Shown in pieces: positions 47,149 to 47,692 of a stretch of 47,692 nt of DNA. The stretch comes from Archangium sp. GTDB lineage: Bacteria > Myxococcota > Myxococcia > Myxococcales > Myxococcaceae. Both the position numbers and the translations under genes were made by a program. The first letter of the stretch is position 1; each line of letters opens with the position of its first letter. The DNA lies in NCBI GenBank assembly GCA_043758715.1, contig JAYVNA010000141.1, positions 1 to 47,692 of the forward strand, read 5' to 3'. Below the pieces are notes generated by a model. The model was not told the origin of the DNA. It worked only from the letters and a program-made list of their open reading frames with translations, and did not search any database.

Positions 47149-47692
<544 letters not shown>

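Overview
This is a high-GC, tightly packed chromosomal window that looks myxobacterial. The signs are many eukaryotic-like Ser/Thr kinases, PEGA domains, a TIGR02265/DUF2378-type paralog, Cys-rich lipoproteins and an ECF sigma/anti-sigma pair. I support about 40 protein-coding genes, many joined by start/stop overlaps (ATGA, GTGA, TTGA, TGATG). The right edge holds the 3' end of a minus-strand rrn operon: partial 23S, 5S and a strong intrinsic terminator. I recognised no tRNA, CRISPR array, IS element, integrase or prophage gene. One real gene (1..1997, minus) is missing from the ORF track because its stop lies outside the window. Several track ORFs are artefacts: antisense GC-rich shadows, N-terminal over-extensions, and one chimeric read-through. 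The most notable observations are listed below. (1) A tripartite RND efflux operon has collapsed to about 1.2 kb of frameshifted fragments, next to an intact divergent MarR gene and a palindromic operator-like site. (2) A four-gene translationally coupled operon encodes DedA, a Cys-rich beta-propeller lipoprotein, a rhodanese lipoprotein and a YeiH/PSE transporter. (3) Two divergent KamA-type radical-SAM aminomutases sit in tandem, coupled to a large polytopic membrane protein, downstream of a PEGA Ser/Thr kinase. (4) A chemoreceptor (HAMP plus MCP signalling domain) carries a C-terminal family-5 solute-binding domain. (5) PhnD-like binding domains occur three times with no transporter: free and leaderless, as a decayed duplicate, and fused to a Ser/Thr kinase behind an ECF sigma/anti-sigma pair. 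(6) A PAS-PAS-GGDEF protein has a degenerate active site but an intact I-site. All functional calls come from motif and family recognition by eye. No database search was run.
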